A DNA stretch of 64,000 nt from Lytechinus pictus (Eukaryota): the NCBI RefSeq assembly GCF_037042905.1, contig NC_087251.1:15006001-15070000 (forward strand), read 5' to 3'. The notes under the pieces were generated by a model, which did no database searches, was not told where the DNA came from, and worked only from the letters and a program-made list of their open reading frames with translations. How positions within the stretch are numbered: position 1 is the first letter of the stretch; each line of letters starts with the position of its first letter. Below, piece by piece: positions 52,290 through 64,000 of this stretch. The translations under genes were made by a program, and so were the position numbers.

Positions 52290-53355
52290 TTATAGTCCCA
52301 TATCACTTTTACCACGTTTATCAAATATATTGGAAAATTGTGTATAAACGATTGGATTCTTTTTTATCAGTACATAAAATTCTTACGTCAGCGCAATTTG
52401 GCGTTAGAAAAAATATCGCTACTGATTATGCAATAGGTAAACTTCTTGATAATGTTGTAAACTCTCTTTCCAAAAGCAATCATATAATCGCTTTAATCAT
52501 GGACCAAAGTAAGGCCTTCGACACTATTGACAATAACATTTTACTCCATAAATCAGATAATTACGGAATACTGGGAGTTGCTTGGTCTTGGATTTAAAGC
52601 TATATATAAAATCGACAACATTTCATTATATTGATGATGCTTAATCTCCTTTGTCTTCTATTAATTGTGGAGTACCACAGGGTTTTATTCTAGGACCTTT
52701 ACTGTTTTCCTCAATTCTTTCATTTATTTTACATGCTGATGATACGAGAATTTTGTTATCTCACACAAATATATATAGATGAATTAATTAATATAATGAA
52801 TTTGGAATTTAAAAAAATGTTTCCTCGTGGTTTAAATGTAACAATTTATCTTTAAACAGAAGCAAAACTCATTTTATTCATTTTCAAACTACTTATAGGA
52901 ATGAAAATTTTCCACGAAACATTTCAATTGATAATATACCTACTGATAAAAGAGAACATGTAAAATTCCTTGGCGTTACAATAGACAAACATTTATCATG
53001 GAACCAGCATGTGACCAATATCTCAAAATATTTTCTGTTAGAGCATTCCCTGTTTATGATATACAATGCATTGGTTCTACCATATAACAATTGTTGCAAC
53101 CTTATCTGGGGAAACTGTGGTAAAACCAAACTCGACCATCTATTTTTATTTCAAAAGAAAGCTTTTAGAATCTGTAAATAATATCAGCATATCTATCATA
53201 CCCTGATCCTCTTTTTCATCGTTTAAAAACATATGAGAATATGACATATAATTACAATACTAGTAGCTATTTTTATGTTTAAATATCATTACAAAATGCT
53301 TCCCCCGTGTTTACCGATATCTTTCATATAATAACAAATTGCATTTATACCCAAC
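52290..53355 (+). mobile_element. Decayed CR1-like LINE reverse transcriptase fragment
   Basis: KIVYKRL...QFGVRKN...DQSKAFDTIDNNILLHK; GVPQGFILGPLLF; HADDT; frameshifted. Confidence 0.85.
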
Positions 53356-53880
53356 ACTGTCACTTCCGTGCTAAATACACTTACACGGAAACATAGACAA
53401 TATAATGATTGACGTTCTGTAAACCGGTATGTTTATATTATCTATTACTTAATCTCCCCAACTAAAATGTTCTTTTATTATTTAACCATATGTTTTGCAT
53501 TTTCTTTGCCAAATAAAAATAAAAATATATGTATGGAGAGGGGGTGAAAAGAGGGGAAAACACTGTAGACAGAGAGGAACATTCACGAAAAACAATTCTC
53601 CAGATATGGGGTCGATGCAAGTCAAAAAATGAAATGTAATTTTAAATTCTGAACAGCAAATGCAGTCACATGTCTTGACGGATACAATCATACTGTTTAT
53701 CATTATTCCTGATAATTCATGTATCGTTTTAACCATGTGTGGGGTCCCCTTGAGACCCCTTTTATATATAAAAACAAGTGTTAGAGATCTGTGATGAATA
53801 TTTTATTTTGCTTACATTAGGTTAATATTAAGTCTATTTCAAGGGGTTTTATGAAGTTTATGACTGTCCATTATTCTCAC

Positions 53881-54130
53881 CAGTGGCGGATCTGGGGGGG
53901 GGGGGGCACAGCCGGCCCATAATCAAAATTTTTAAGGTAAATATACCCCCCCCCCCCTTGAAAGTGAGGACCTTTTTTGTTTTTTGGGGGGGTTGCTTGT
54001 CATATTTTCCACGGACGAAATTATCTTCAAATCTAGGTGAAAACCTTCTTTTCTTTTTTTTTGCTTGTCAAATTTTCGTCGGGAAAATGTTCACCCCCCC
54101 CCCCTTTGGAAAATATTGGATCCGCCTTTG
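53881..54130. mobile_element. hAT-type MITE
   Basis: CAGTGGCGGATC / GGATCCGCCTTTG ends; decayed 8-bp TSD ATTCTCAC vs ATGCTCCC. Confidence 0.6.
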
Positions 54131-54716
54131 ATGCTCCCCCATTGCAGTCGTAATGGCTTCGCTTTATGTCCCTGCTCTACTCATGTTATTTACATTACTA
54201 TTTGTTTGCACCATGGTAACTTTTCAATTGTATTAATGATGATGTATGTTGACTGAAATAAAAACCATTCATAGTTCTGACAGTTGGCTTACATGTACCA
54301 TACCGCTATACTGCTATTATCAGCAATATATTTGTACCAAACTGGAATAACGCATTCCCTCTATCATGATGGAACAAAACTGCAGGGTTGTGGCATTGAT
54401 GTGAATATAAAATGGATGTGTAGAAATAAATTGACAAGAAAGGAGAATAATGGCATTGTGGTCCTTGAAAGATTATTCAAATAGGTCAAGGATAAAAGTT
54501 GATAATAATATAGCCTCCCTTTGTCTATACATGACTTTGTAGAGAGCACCTCCCTCGTCATTCGCCTTAAAAACTTAATTAAAAGGGCGCATGTGCATCA
54601 TGGCTTTACTCAATGTACCGAATCGACGATAAACACTTTCATACATTTTGGATAATTGGGTAAGCCTATAGCGCGATCTAATCATCATCTAAATTAATCG
54701 ACAGACAAGATCGAAC

Positions 54717-57700
54717 ATGGTAGGCCTGGACATTTCCTTAACTGGTAGAAGCATAGTATTTTGAGATTGTGAATTTTTGTGTTTTTTATTCAATTTGTTC
54801 TTGTTGTTGTTGTTGTTGAATTGAGTTCAACTGTTCAATAAATAACTATCTGGACAAAAATTGATTATCGCTTATGTTGAAATATCGTCAAAGATCACTA
54901 TTCATTGCATAATGATGTACGATGATTCTCTTTCTAAGATATATCCTTCGTAAAGTGCCCCTCCCTAAAATAAAGTTAAGATAAATGTCTTTTTTTTCAA
55001 AATTTTTGATGATTTCAAATAAATCTATTTCATCGTTTTTTTTTAATTAAAAGCTTTCACTGATTAGTAATAAGAAGTTGAAAGCCGCCTTATTTTCCTC
55101 TTTCTGTCATTTTTTTCAGGCACATTACAGCTTGTTGTTGGTTCTCATCATGAGTTATGTATTGAATGGAGGTAAGCATTTGTTTTCTTTGTAGTTAATC
55201 TCTAATATCATATTTTTTATGTATGTACTGTCTTTAAGTCCTAAGAAACATTTTAAGGTGTGTGCATGTATTTGACAAAAACTTGAAAAAAAAAAAAATG
55301 ATGGAACGTAGTGATATGTTACTACGTGGATTATGGATAAGAGTATACACCCTTAAGACGTGTATAACAAATTATTGTCGTTAAAATAAAGCAAAATTAT
55401 AATGTATGTTTTCCTACCTTATTTATTTGTTAATTTTCAGTCATGCTATTAAATATAAACTATGTTAGGATTTCGTAATATGTTTTGTGGAAGATAAATA
55501 AATACGAGTTTGAATTTAGATGATTTTCTTTAATTTAAATTCAAATGATACTGTACAAATATTTGTGATATTTGCGCAACAAAATAGGTTATTGTATTGA
55601 ATAACTTCTTGGGGGTAATATGATGCACCTTGTTTTGCCAGGGAGTTGGATAGAGGGGACGTGTAAGGTGGATGGGGTGGGCTCGGCTCGAGGTGATGGG
55701 AGGTAATAAAATTATTATTGATGGCTTCTATTCCTATAATTATCTGTTTGTATGTATTTTGGAGAAAAAAATCTGTCTCGACTGATTAACACTCGAAAAT
55801 AGAAGGAATATGAAAACAAGTATTAGTATGGTGTGATTACACATATAGTTTACACTTATTATTTTTATTATTATTATTTTAAGGTCATGTGATATGGAGT
55901 TCAACGTAATACCTGAGTTAATAAATGGTCGATGTATTATGATATACTTTATAAGAGTGATTTTGAGATAATACAGAAGGGGTTAATTAAGAAAATAACA
56001 TGAAATATCACTTAAGCGCTTCAATAAGATAGTTATCGTCAAGTATGTTATGAGTTGTCATTGTGTCTGATATTTTGTTGAAGAGTTATTATTGATATTG
56101 CTATGTCATTTTGTCCATGTAAAACAATTTTACGTTATTGAAAAATAAAAATCACTAAATACAAAAAAGTAACAGATTTAAAATAAATCCAAATCGACCG
56201 CACGTATAGTTCATTCAAACTTTGAATTTACATGTAGTTTTGATTCTAAGTACATGAAGTATTTACTTTAGTATCAAATGGCGGTCTCTTGCGTTCATTA
56301 AGTATTATTAGTAGTATTATCATTAATAAGTTAAGATTATACTCACATCATTATTTTGTATATTCGTTATGTATTGTGACTATATTGTTTGTTTCATGAA
56401 TTATTGTGTACGTTACATAAAATTATGTAACATTGATATTGTGTTATTTGAATGCAGAAATAAAAGCAAACAAACAAACGAATTAGTTGATATTCAATAT
56501 TCAAGCTTTTAGTTTGAATCTCTAAGCTTGCAACTAATGTTATATATTTACATACGAATCCATTGTTTTCGACTGGAAAATAACCACAACTGAATTAGAT
56601 TTAGCTACATCCATGAAATGTAGAGTGTTTCCATTTATGATTCATACTGAAACTGAAGTCTCATCAACTGGAAGTGAAATTTTGCATCATATTCTAGTTT
56701 TCAGAATAGATATTTTCTTCAAACAGGCCAAACAATAATGAATAACAACTACATCAAATTGATAATGATGGTAAATAATTGATGATGATTAAAGAAATAT
56801 AGATAAATATAATAATGTCAATAAGAGTAATAATTAATTATACATCATAATTTCAGTAATGGGTCTATTCTTACAAATTTTAATCAAAAACTAATTTAAA
56901 CTATAAGCCTAGAATAAATATATACCAAGAACTTGCATGAGGGAAGAAAATATTGTGAACTGCTTTCACACAAACAAAGTAAAGAACAAAAAATACCCTT
57001 TCATTTCTGAACAGATTCAATGTTTTATCAACATAATACTTGTAAAGTCACAGCACAAATGATATATGTTTCATCGTTGTCTCCTTCATTCATTGTAAAA
57101 AAATACCAGTTCTTAAGATTTAAATCACATTACATTTAATTCAGTACTGGCGGATAATGATGTCGTTTGCCCCGAGATGGCCATGTCTTGTCCTCAAACG
57201 CATGTACCAGATTTTGATGAAGTCATCAAAATGGTTCCGAAGAGATTACCCTCCGATCATCAATTGGCAGGTCGTCCCGAGTTGAGAGGAATTGATACGA
57301 ATTTGATTTGCTCAATACCAGGTACCTTACCCCCCTCTCCCGTGATGGAACGCTACATTATAAATTGCTTAAATTAAAATTGCCTTACTGGAGAGCTTTA
57401 AGGTATTCACTTCACGTGTTATGTACCTTCCTCTCCCCCATTAAGTCTTACATAGCTTACCTTATGATTTAGATTTTTTGCAGGAGTTTCTGCATTTATT
57501 GTAAAGTCAAAATGAATTAACAATGCATAAACATAATCGTAGTATGACATTAAAGTACATTGCAATGTGACAAATTTATAACAGTGTCATAATAAAATTT
57601 AGACATGAATAAAATTTAAGGATAAGACAAAACTATATAAGCAAAATAAATGCTTGAGTAATAGCAGCCAAAAGGGAAAAGGGTTTCATGGATTAAAATC

Positions 57701-60700
57701 TATCAATTCAGAAATGAAGAAAAGCTTCGTAACATTTATGTATATCGTGTGTGGCAAAATAGCCAATTGTGACTGATTGCCAAGCAAATGGATTGTCCAA
57801 TCCAAGGAGAAAAACAAAACACATTTAAAGTAGGGTATCTCACCGCATGACTTCGCACCTATACAGTCAGTGACCAGTACTTGTGACTATGCATTTAAAA
57901 CTTTCACTTTCAAAATAAAAAAAAATGCTGATAATTGGTCACTGGTCACACATTTTGAATAATACTTTCATGCAGCAATTATCTTTATTAGCTTTTTGAC
58001 GATGTATTGATACATTCCTGATACAGAAAGTCAGAGACCAGTTAGGCAGGATATTTTTTATTCCTCAAGGAAATTTCAGCATAAAAATCCCCACCACATG
58101 CTGAGACTAACGCTTGCTGATCTTAGAAATACCCAGCAAGAGGAAGAGTTGCCCCCTCCCCAATAAAGATCATGCATATGACCGTGCTTATGGTCATGAA
58201 GAAAATATCACGAAGACGTTGTCTTGACTGATAAAATGAAACAGAGATTAATCGTAGGTAATATTAGTTTCATTTAACACGATTTATTTATAATTTTTCA
58301 CATAGATTGTTTGTCTAATCCTTGTCTGCAAGGAGAGTCCTGTGTGGAAACATATGATGGATATGAATGTCACGTATGTCCACCCTGTACTACTGGAAAT
58401 GCATGCAAAGGTAATTACCCAATAAGGCCAATAGTAATCGCTCAATACAACTGGAACTCATAGTGATAATTACTGATAATAATCTAAAGAATCTAAAAGT
58501 ATTTCCGGGAAGGGGCTGATAGCCTATTTACACTTTCCAACAACGGTTATCGAAATTTGAACAGTAATATCATATTGGTATCAAAACATGAGTTTTATCT
58601 TCCAAGTCTTATTAGTCTAATATGTTCATATTTCTGTCGTTGTGTTTAGGAATCAGTTTCAACAAGCATTTTTGCTATACCTTCCGTTTCCTATAAACAA
58701 TGTTTAAGCTTATCTGAACTTAACTTTGTAGATACATTTTGTACACAGTCTTGGATTCGTCCTCTGTGTGTGTATTTTTGTTATTCGTACAATCAAACTC
58801 TATGTATTCTGTTTCATGATTACAGGCATACAATGCATTGTATAAACATAAAAACTACTTATGTTAGTAATGAATTTGAACTAAAACTCAAACTATTTAT
58901 TGTCTATTTCGCAGAGTACGAATTTATTTATGAGGTATGCATGTGAATTTTGTTGGAAGTGGGAAAATAAAATAAAAACTAAATTAAATGAATAATTCTA
59001 CACTATTTTAAATGTATTTTCGTTATAGATGTCAATGATTTCAATATTATCAGTTGAACATATTTACACATTAATAAAATAACTGATACAATCTTTTATA
59101 CCTTCAAAATTCAGACGAGCTTCCGAAAGACTGCTCTGACCATTACGATGCAGGTGAAAGGACGAGTGGAATATTCACTATTTGCTTGGGTTCTCACACA
59201 GAAGATGAAGAACGTATTGATGTTTATTGCAACTTGGATGGAGGTGATGGATGGGTGGTGAGAAACCTTGAATTTTCATATAAATTAATGCAATAAACAA
59301 TAATTTGAAGAAAAAAATACGTATTACTTCAATAATGCTTATTTTCTGGAATCTTTAAGAGAGTTTTGAAAATTTTGAATCGATCTTTAAATTGCAAGTA
59401 TCTTTATTTTTTATTTGTGATTCGAATCAGAAGTAGTTTGAATTTACAGGCTCAAGGTATATACCCTTTTAGTTTAATAATTTCCCATCCTTATGATCCC
59501 CTGCAAAAACCCAATTTTTCTGATTGAAAATAGGGGAGGGGGATTCTTTTCCTCTTTTTAATCTCTTCTATCACTTTCCCCTGTAATCCCTCCCCCTCTA
59601 AAATCATGAAAACGTAAAATCGTGCACTTTCTGGCAATGTTTTGGGATGGAAGTGGGGCTCCCCTTTCCACACACACACACACACACAAACACACACTCT
59701 CAATTATAAATAATATCTTTTCAGGAGAATGTGGGCACTTTCTCTATTATTAGCATATTCTATTACGCCACACGCAACGCCGGTCCTGCTATTATCAATT
59801 ATTTATTTGTCTTTCTTTATAATTTAGTAATTTATTCGAAATAATATTTATTCATTCTAGGTCATTCAACGTCGGCAGGATGGAAGTGTGGATTTCTATA
59901 AAGATTGGGCTTCCTACAAGAATGGCTTTGGTGATATAGAGAACGAGTTCTGGCTGGGTAATGATATCATTCATCGCATCACATACCAGGCAACATACAG
60001 ACTTCGATTAGAGATGGTGGATTTGCAAGGCAATCATTGGGATGCCAAATATGACAATTTTCGTGTTGGAAGTGAGATTGAGCTGTATCGCCTCGGTGCT
60101 CTCACTTTTACTGGAGGATCTGCAGGTGAATACAAAAACTGTGATGTAATTATCCCAACTCAAATAGCAAAATATTAGTCTTCTGTAATATAATAATATT
60201 CTATGGTTATAGTATACCTGTTGTATGATGATGGTGGTGATGATGATGATTTCATTTCATTTAATTTATTTCATTTTCAGCAAAATATAAATCAAATAAA
60301 TACAATCATAACAAGTCAACATCATAAAAAAATATACAAATTATTAAATCAACTTGAAAAAGACATGTTATAAGAAAGTTACATACAAAATAATCATGGG
60401 TAAAGGATTTGTGATTTATAATTTGTGAAAATGGAGGATCCCACTAAAAACCATAGCTTGTATATTGTGGGCTCCTCAAAATATGACAAACGAGAAATAA
60501 ATTTTATATATACAAATGATGTATAAAATATATGATGATGATAATGATGATAATGATGATGATTTTGATTATGGGTATCAATCATTGAGGGATAGGGAAT
60601 ATGTCCCCTTCAATATTTCAGGTGGGGCGGATGTTATTATCCCCAAATAATATAATTAATTATGTACAAAGCATGATCGTCATGATAATGAAGAGTACAT

Positions 60701-61425
60701 GATGGCCATGGTTGTATGACCATGATGACCATCATTTTTTTTATCGGAATTGTTTTTATGTGTATTGTTATTTAATAAAAGCATTCCTTTCAGGTTTTGT
60801 TAGAAACAGATGAATGGATAAGGAAAAAAAATCCAGGAAAAATAGAACAATATATTCATATGTATGTTTTATTATTTTGCCTATATTAAGATAACCCCTC
60901 TCAGCAACCAAGCGCATGCCGCAGTGTGTCCCATTATTTATTTTACAACCCTTTTTACTGTCTGCCATTTCATTTTGGCTAGTATTCTTAATCCCATTTT
61001 ATGATGCAATATAAGTGGAAATCATAGTAAAGAAATGAGAATTAAAATTTAAAGGATCATATAAAGGGAAATGACCCCGAAAGCCACCAAGAGTCTTCAA
61101 AGTGAATGATATTCATTTTAAAAAAATCAGCTCGCGCTTCGCACTCGTATTATTGTTCTAGTTTTGTACGGCCATGTTTATATTGTTTTGTTATCTTTGT
61201 ATAGGTGATGCATTGTTCTATCATGTCAACTCAGCATTCTACACCTATGATCGTGATACTGGAAATGGCTGCGCCACGGCGTATAAAGGAGGATGGTGGT
61301 ATCATAACTGTCACCACGCCAACCTCAACGGTCTTTGGTCATTTGCAAGTGGCACAGGGATGGCTTGGAATTCGAAATATATGAAGGGCTCTATCATGGA
61401 AATAAAAAAAATGGACTCGGAGTGA
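54717..61425 (+). CDS. Secreted EGF + fibrinogen C-terminal domain (FReD, ficolin/angiopoietin-like) protein, 321 aa, apparently intact
   Basis: Exons 54717-54719 (ATG only, donor GTAGGC), 55120-55171 (signal peptide [17 protein letters not shown]), 57145-57321, 58306-58410 ([29 protein letters not shown]...C), 59115-59257 (PKDC...VYC...GW), 59861-60125 ([24 protein letters not shown]...EFWLGN) and 61205-61425 ([15 protein letters not shown], stop TGA). All junctions GT-AG; 966 nt in frame. The first two exons are supported by conservation with the paralog. Confidence 0.88.
60250..60520 (-). mobile_element. LINE 3' UTR fragment in intron 6 of the plus FReD gene
   Basis: GGAGGATCCCACTAAAAACCATAGCTTGT motif and (TGAAA)n tail, as at ~24240 and ~31770. 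Confidence 0.5.
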
Positions 61426-62500
61426 TTAACCATTGATTGACACAAAAAACTGTATTCAACATCTATGGATATACAATATTAGTTGATGTTCAGATACTCT
61501 CTAATACTTTTATTGTCTTAGTGGTTTGGCGATTAAAAAAAAAACAAGGTTCTGATTAAACGCTGTAAAAAGTCCGGTTTTCAATATGCAACTCCAAGCA
61601 GGTGGTGCAACGTCAAACATATCAAAGGGTATTTCAGGAAGGGATATTTGATTTTATACTTGTAGACTTTTATTTTTTACGGCAACGAGGATAATAATAT
61701 TACCTTCGAATTTAGCTTTTTGGAGCTGCAAGATGAATTATCTCATCAAGTATAAAATATCCTGTTAATGTATCTGGTCTTCTATTTTTCAGTTTAACAA
61801 CCGTACCGATACTAAATCTTACCATTTTCTTTTTAAAAAGAGTTGGTAACTGCAAACTCCTAGTTCAACTTGACCCTAATTGAAAATATTGATGTTTAAG
61901 AGTTAAAGATAAAGCCTATGATCATTTTGCGTTCAAAATCATATAATACACTTCTCTGATGAACATAATTATCTATATAGCTCTATATCTAAATGTGAGC
62001 TTTATGACAAAGTAACCCAAATCATTTCTTATTAGTCATTTAAGGACGTTCCACAGTTAAAATGAAGTCCATGTCATTTTCACCAAATTTTGCAGAGAGT
62101 TACTTTGGTATCTATGCATTATGAAAATGCAAAAAATAACATAGGTTCATGTGCTTATTTTTTTTCTACGGGTCTTCAAAGTCACCGTATTTGAATGATA
62201 TGCAATCTTGCGCAATCAAGAGAATTATGCCTCTCTTAGACCTCACGAATTCACCAAATGAGTTTAAATCATCTTTACTCAGTGAATACCGCATCAAACT
62301 TCATCAAATTCTCAAGATATATAACAAAGTGTATACCAAAGTAAGAGAAGGTCTTTTAATTGGTAAAACTATACCTATTTGGAGTCAACAGCGCCCTCAT
62401 TTGGCAAGGATGATGCAAAAACTCGGAAAAAAAACAAATCTTCAAAGACGTGAATCTACTCAAAAATTAAAAAGTATTTTGTAAGCTGCACTTTTTTCAA

Positions 62501-63584
62501 AATCCATGTCATTTTTATCAAATTCGGCTAAACTGTAGAGGAATGCATATCAAAGGTGTAGCGAAGTTAAAAATATGAGGTCCATGTGCTCGTTTTTTAA
62601 CTGTGAGTGTCCAAAATGAGGCGAGTTGGCATGAAAATCGCCCAAAATGCGTCCAAAACGTGCAAAAGTCTAATAATGCCGTCTAAAATGCGAATGATTC
62701 CGTAGTTTTGCCCCAAAACATTCAAAATCCATGTCATTTTCATCATACTCTCCATATTTGTAGAATAATTTATTCTAAAGACATTAAAATCTTAAAAATA
62801 TGGGGTCCATCTGCTCGTTTTCAAACTATGAGTGTCCAAAGTGATGCGAGTTGGCTTGAAAATCGCCTAAAAAGCACCGAAAACATGCAAAAGTCTCTTA
62901 ATACCCTCTAAAATGCAAATGGTTCCATATTTCGCTCCCAAACATTCAAAATCCATGTCATTTTCATCATACTCTCTAGATTTGTAGAGTAATATATTCT
63001 AAAAGCATTAAAATATTAAAAATATGGGGTCCATGTGCTTGTTTTTAAACTATCAGTGTCCAAAATGCTGCGAGTTGGCTTGAATATTTTGAAATCCACC
63101 TAAAATGCGCCGAAAACGTGCAAAAGTCTAGTATCGTCTAAAAGCGAATAGTTCAGTAGTTTTGCTCCCAAACATTAAAAATCAATGCCATTTTCATCAT
63201 ACTCTCTAGATTTTCAGAAGAATATATTCTGATGACGTTAAATTATTAAAAACATGGGGTCCATCTGCTCGTTTTTAAGCTATCAGTGTGTAAACTGTTG
63301 CGAGTTGGCTTGAAACAGCCCAAAATGCGCCGAAAACAAGTAAGTCTGATAATACCGTCCAAAATGTCTAAAATATGAATGGTTCCTTAGTCCTGCTCCC
63401 AAACATTAATAATCCATGTCATTTTCATCATACTCTCTAGATTTACAGAGGAATATATTTTGATGACGTTAAAATATTAAAAACATGGGGTCCATGTGCT
63501 CGTTTTTAAGCTATCAGTGTCTAAACTGTTGCGAGTTGGCTTGAAACAGCCCAAAATGCGCCGAAAACAAGTAAAAGTCTGATA
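62501..63584. repeat. Tandem repeat, ~225-231-bp unit, ~4.7 copies
   Basis: AATCCATGTCATTTT-like anchors at 62501, 62726, 62950, 63180 and 63411; recurring GGGGTCCATGTGCTCG and GCGAGTTGGCTTGAA. Confidence 0.9.
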
Positions 63585-64000
63585 AAACAAAAATCAACAA
63601 GTAAATTGAAATGTAACAATATAAGCTAGAATTGTATATTGATTTCCTTTTCACTTTTCGAATATATTATTGTTATTCTTTCTTCATTTTCTCTTTGACA
63701 GTTCTCCTGCTACTCATGAACGCACTGTATATACCATATACCTATCTAATATTATATAACTGTAATATGTAAATATACCTATATGGCTCTAGAATAACTT
63801 TACCTTCATATCACTTGTTGATGTTTGAATAAATCGTGAACTTTTTGTTAATGTTCAGTAAGTTGCATTAACCGGTTCCGCCTAAATTAATCAAGCTCCC
63901 ATCCATTGACCAATAAGTAGTTTGTTGGGGAGGTGTGGTATAGTATAGGAGCATGGGTTGTCATTGTGGTATGGTAAGACAGAGAGCAAAATGTAGGAGA

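Overview
AT-rich, intron- and repeat-rich animal genomic DNA; the repeat repertoire suggests an invertebrate deuterostome such as a sea urchin (inference). Most ORFs in the supplied track are spurious, and the real genes are spliced. (1) The 5' 16 coding exons of a DHTKD1 ortholog (2-oxoadipate dehydrogenase E1) lie on the minus strand, from ATG 18624 to the last visible exon at 649-805; the gene continues off the left edge. (2) A 9.4-kb Mutator-like element (18831-28276) sits about 200 bp upstream of the DHTKD1 start. It has a 9-bp TSD and 139-bp identical TIR cores, no transposase that I can see, many nested MITEs and some degraded coding-like cargo. (3) A head-to-head duplicated pair of 7-exon secreted EGF + fibrinogen-domain (FReD) genes: the plus copy (54717-61425, 321 aa) is intact, while the minus copy (40651-50672) has an 11-bp frameshift and a nonsense codon in its last exon. 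(4) Many non-autonomous elements: TTAA-type MITEs (one holding a palindrome with ~780-bp arms in DHTKD1 intron 9), hAT-type MITEs with 8-bp TSDs, a Helentron-associated-like element, tRNA-SINEs, CR1/L2 LINE fragments, tandem repeats and microsatellites. All coordinates were read by eye.
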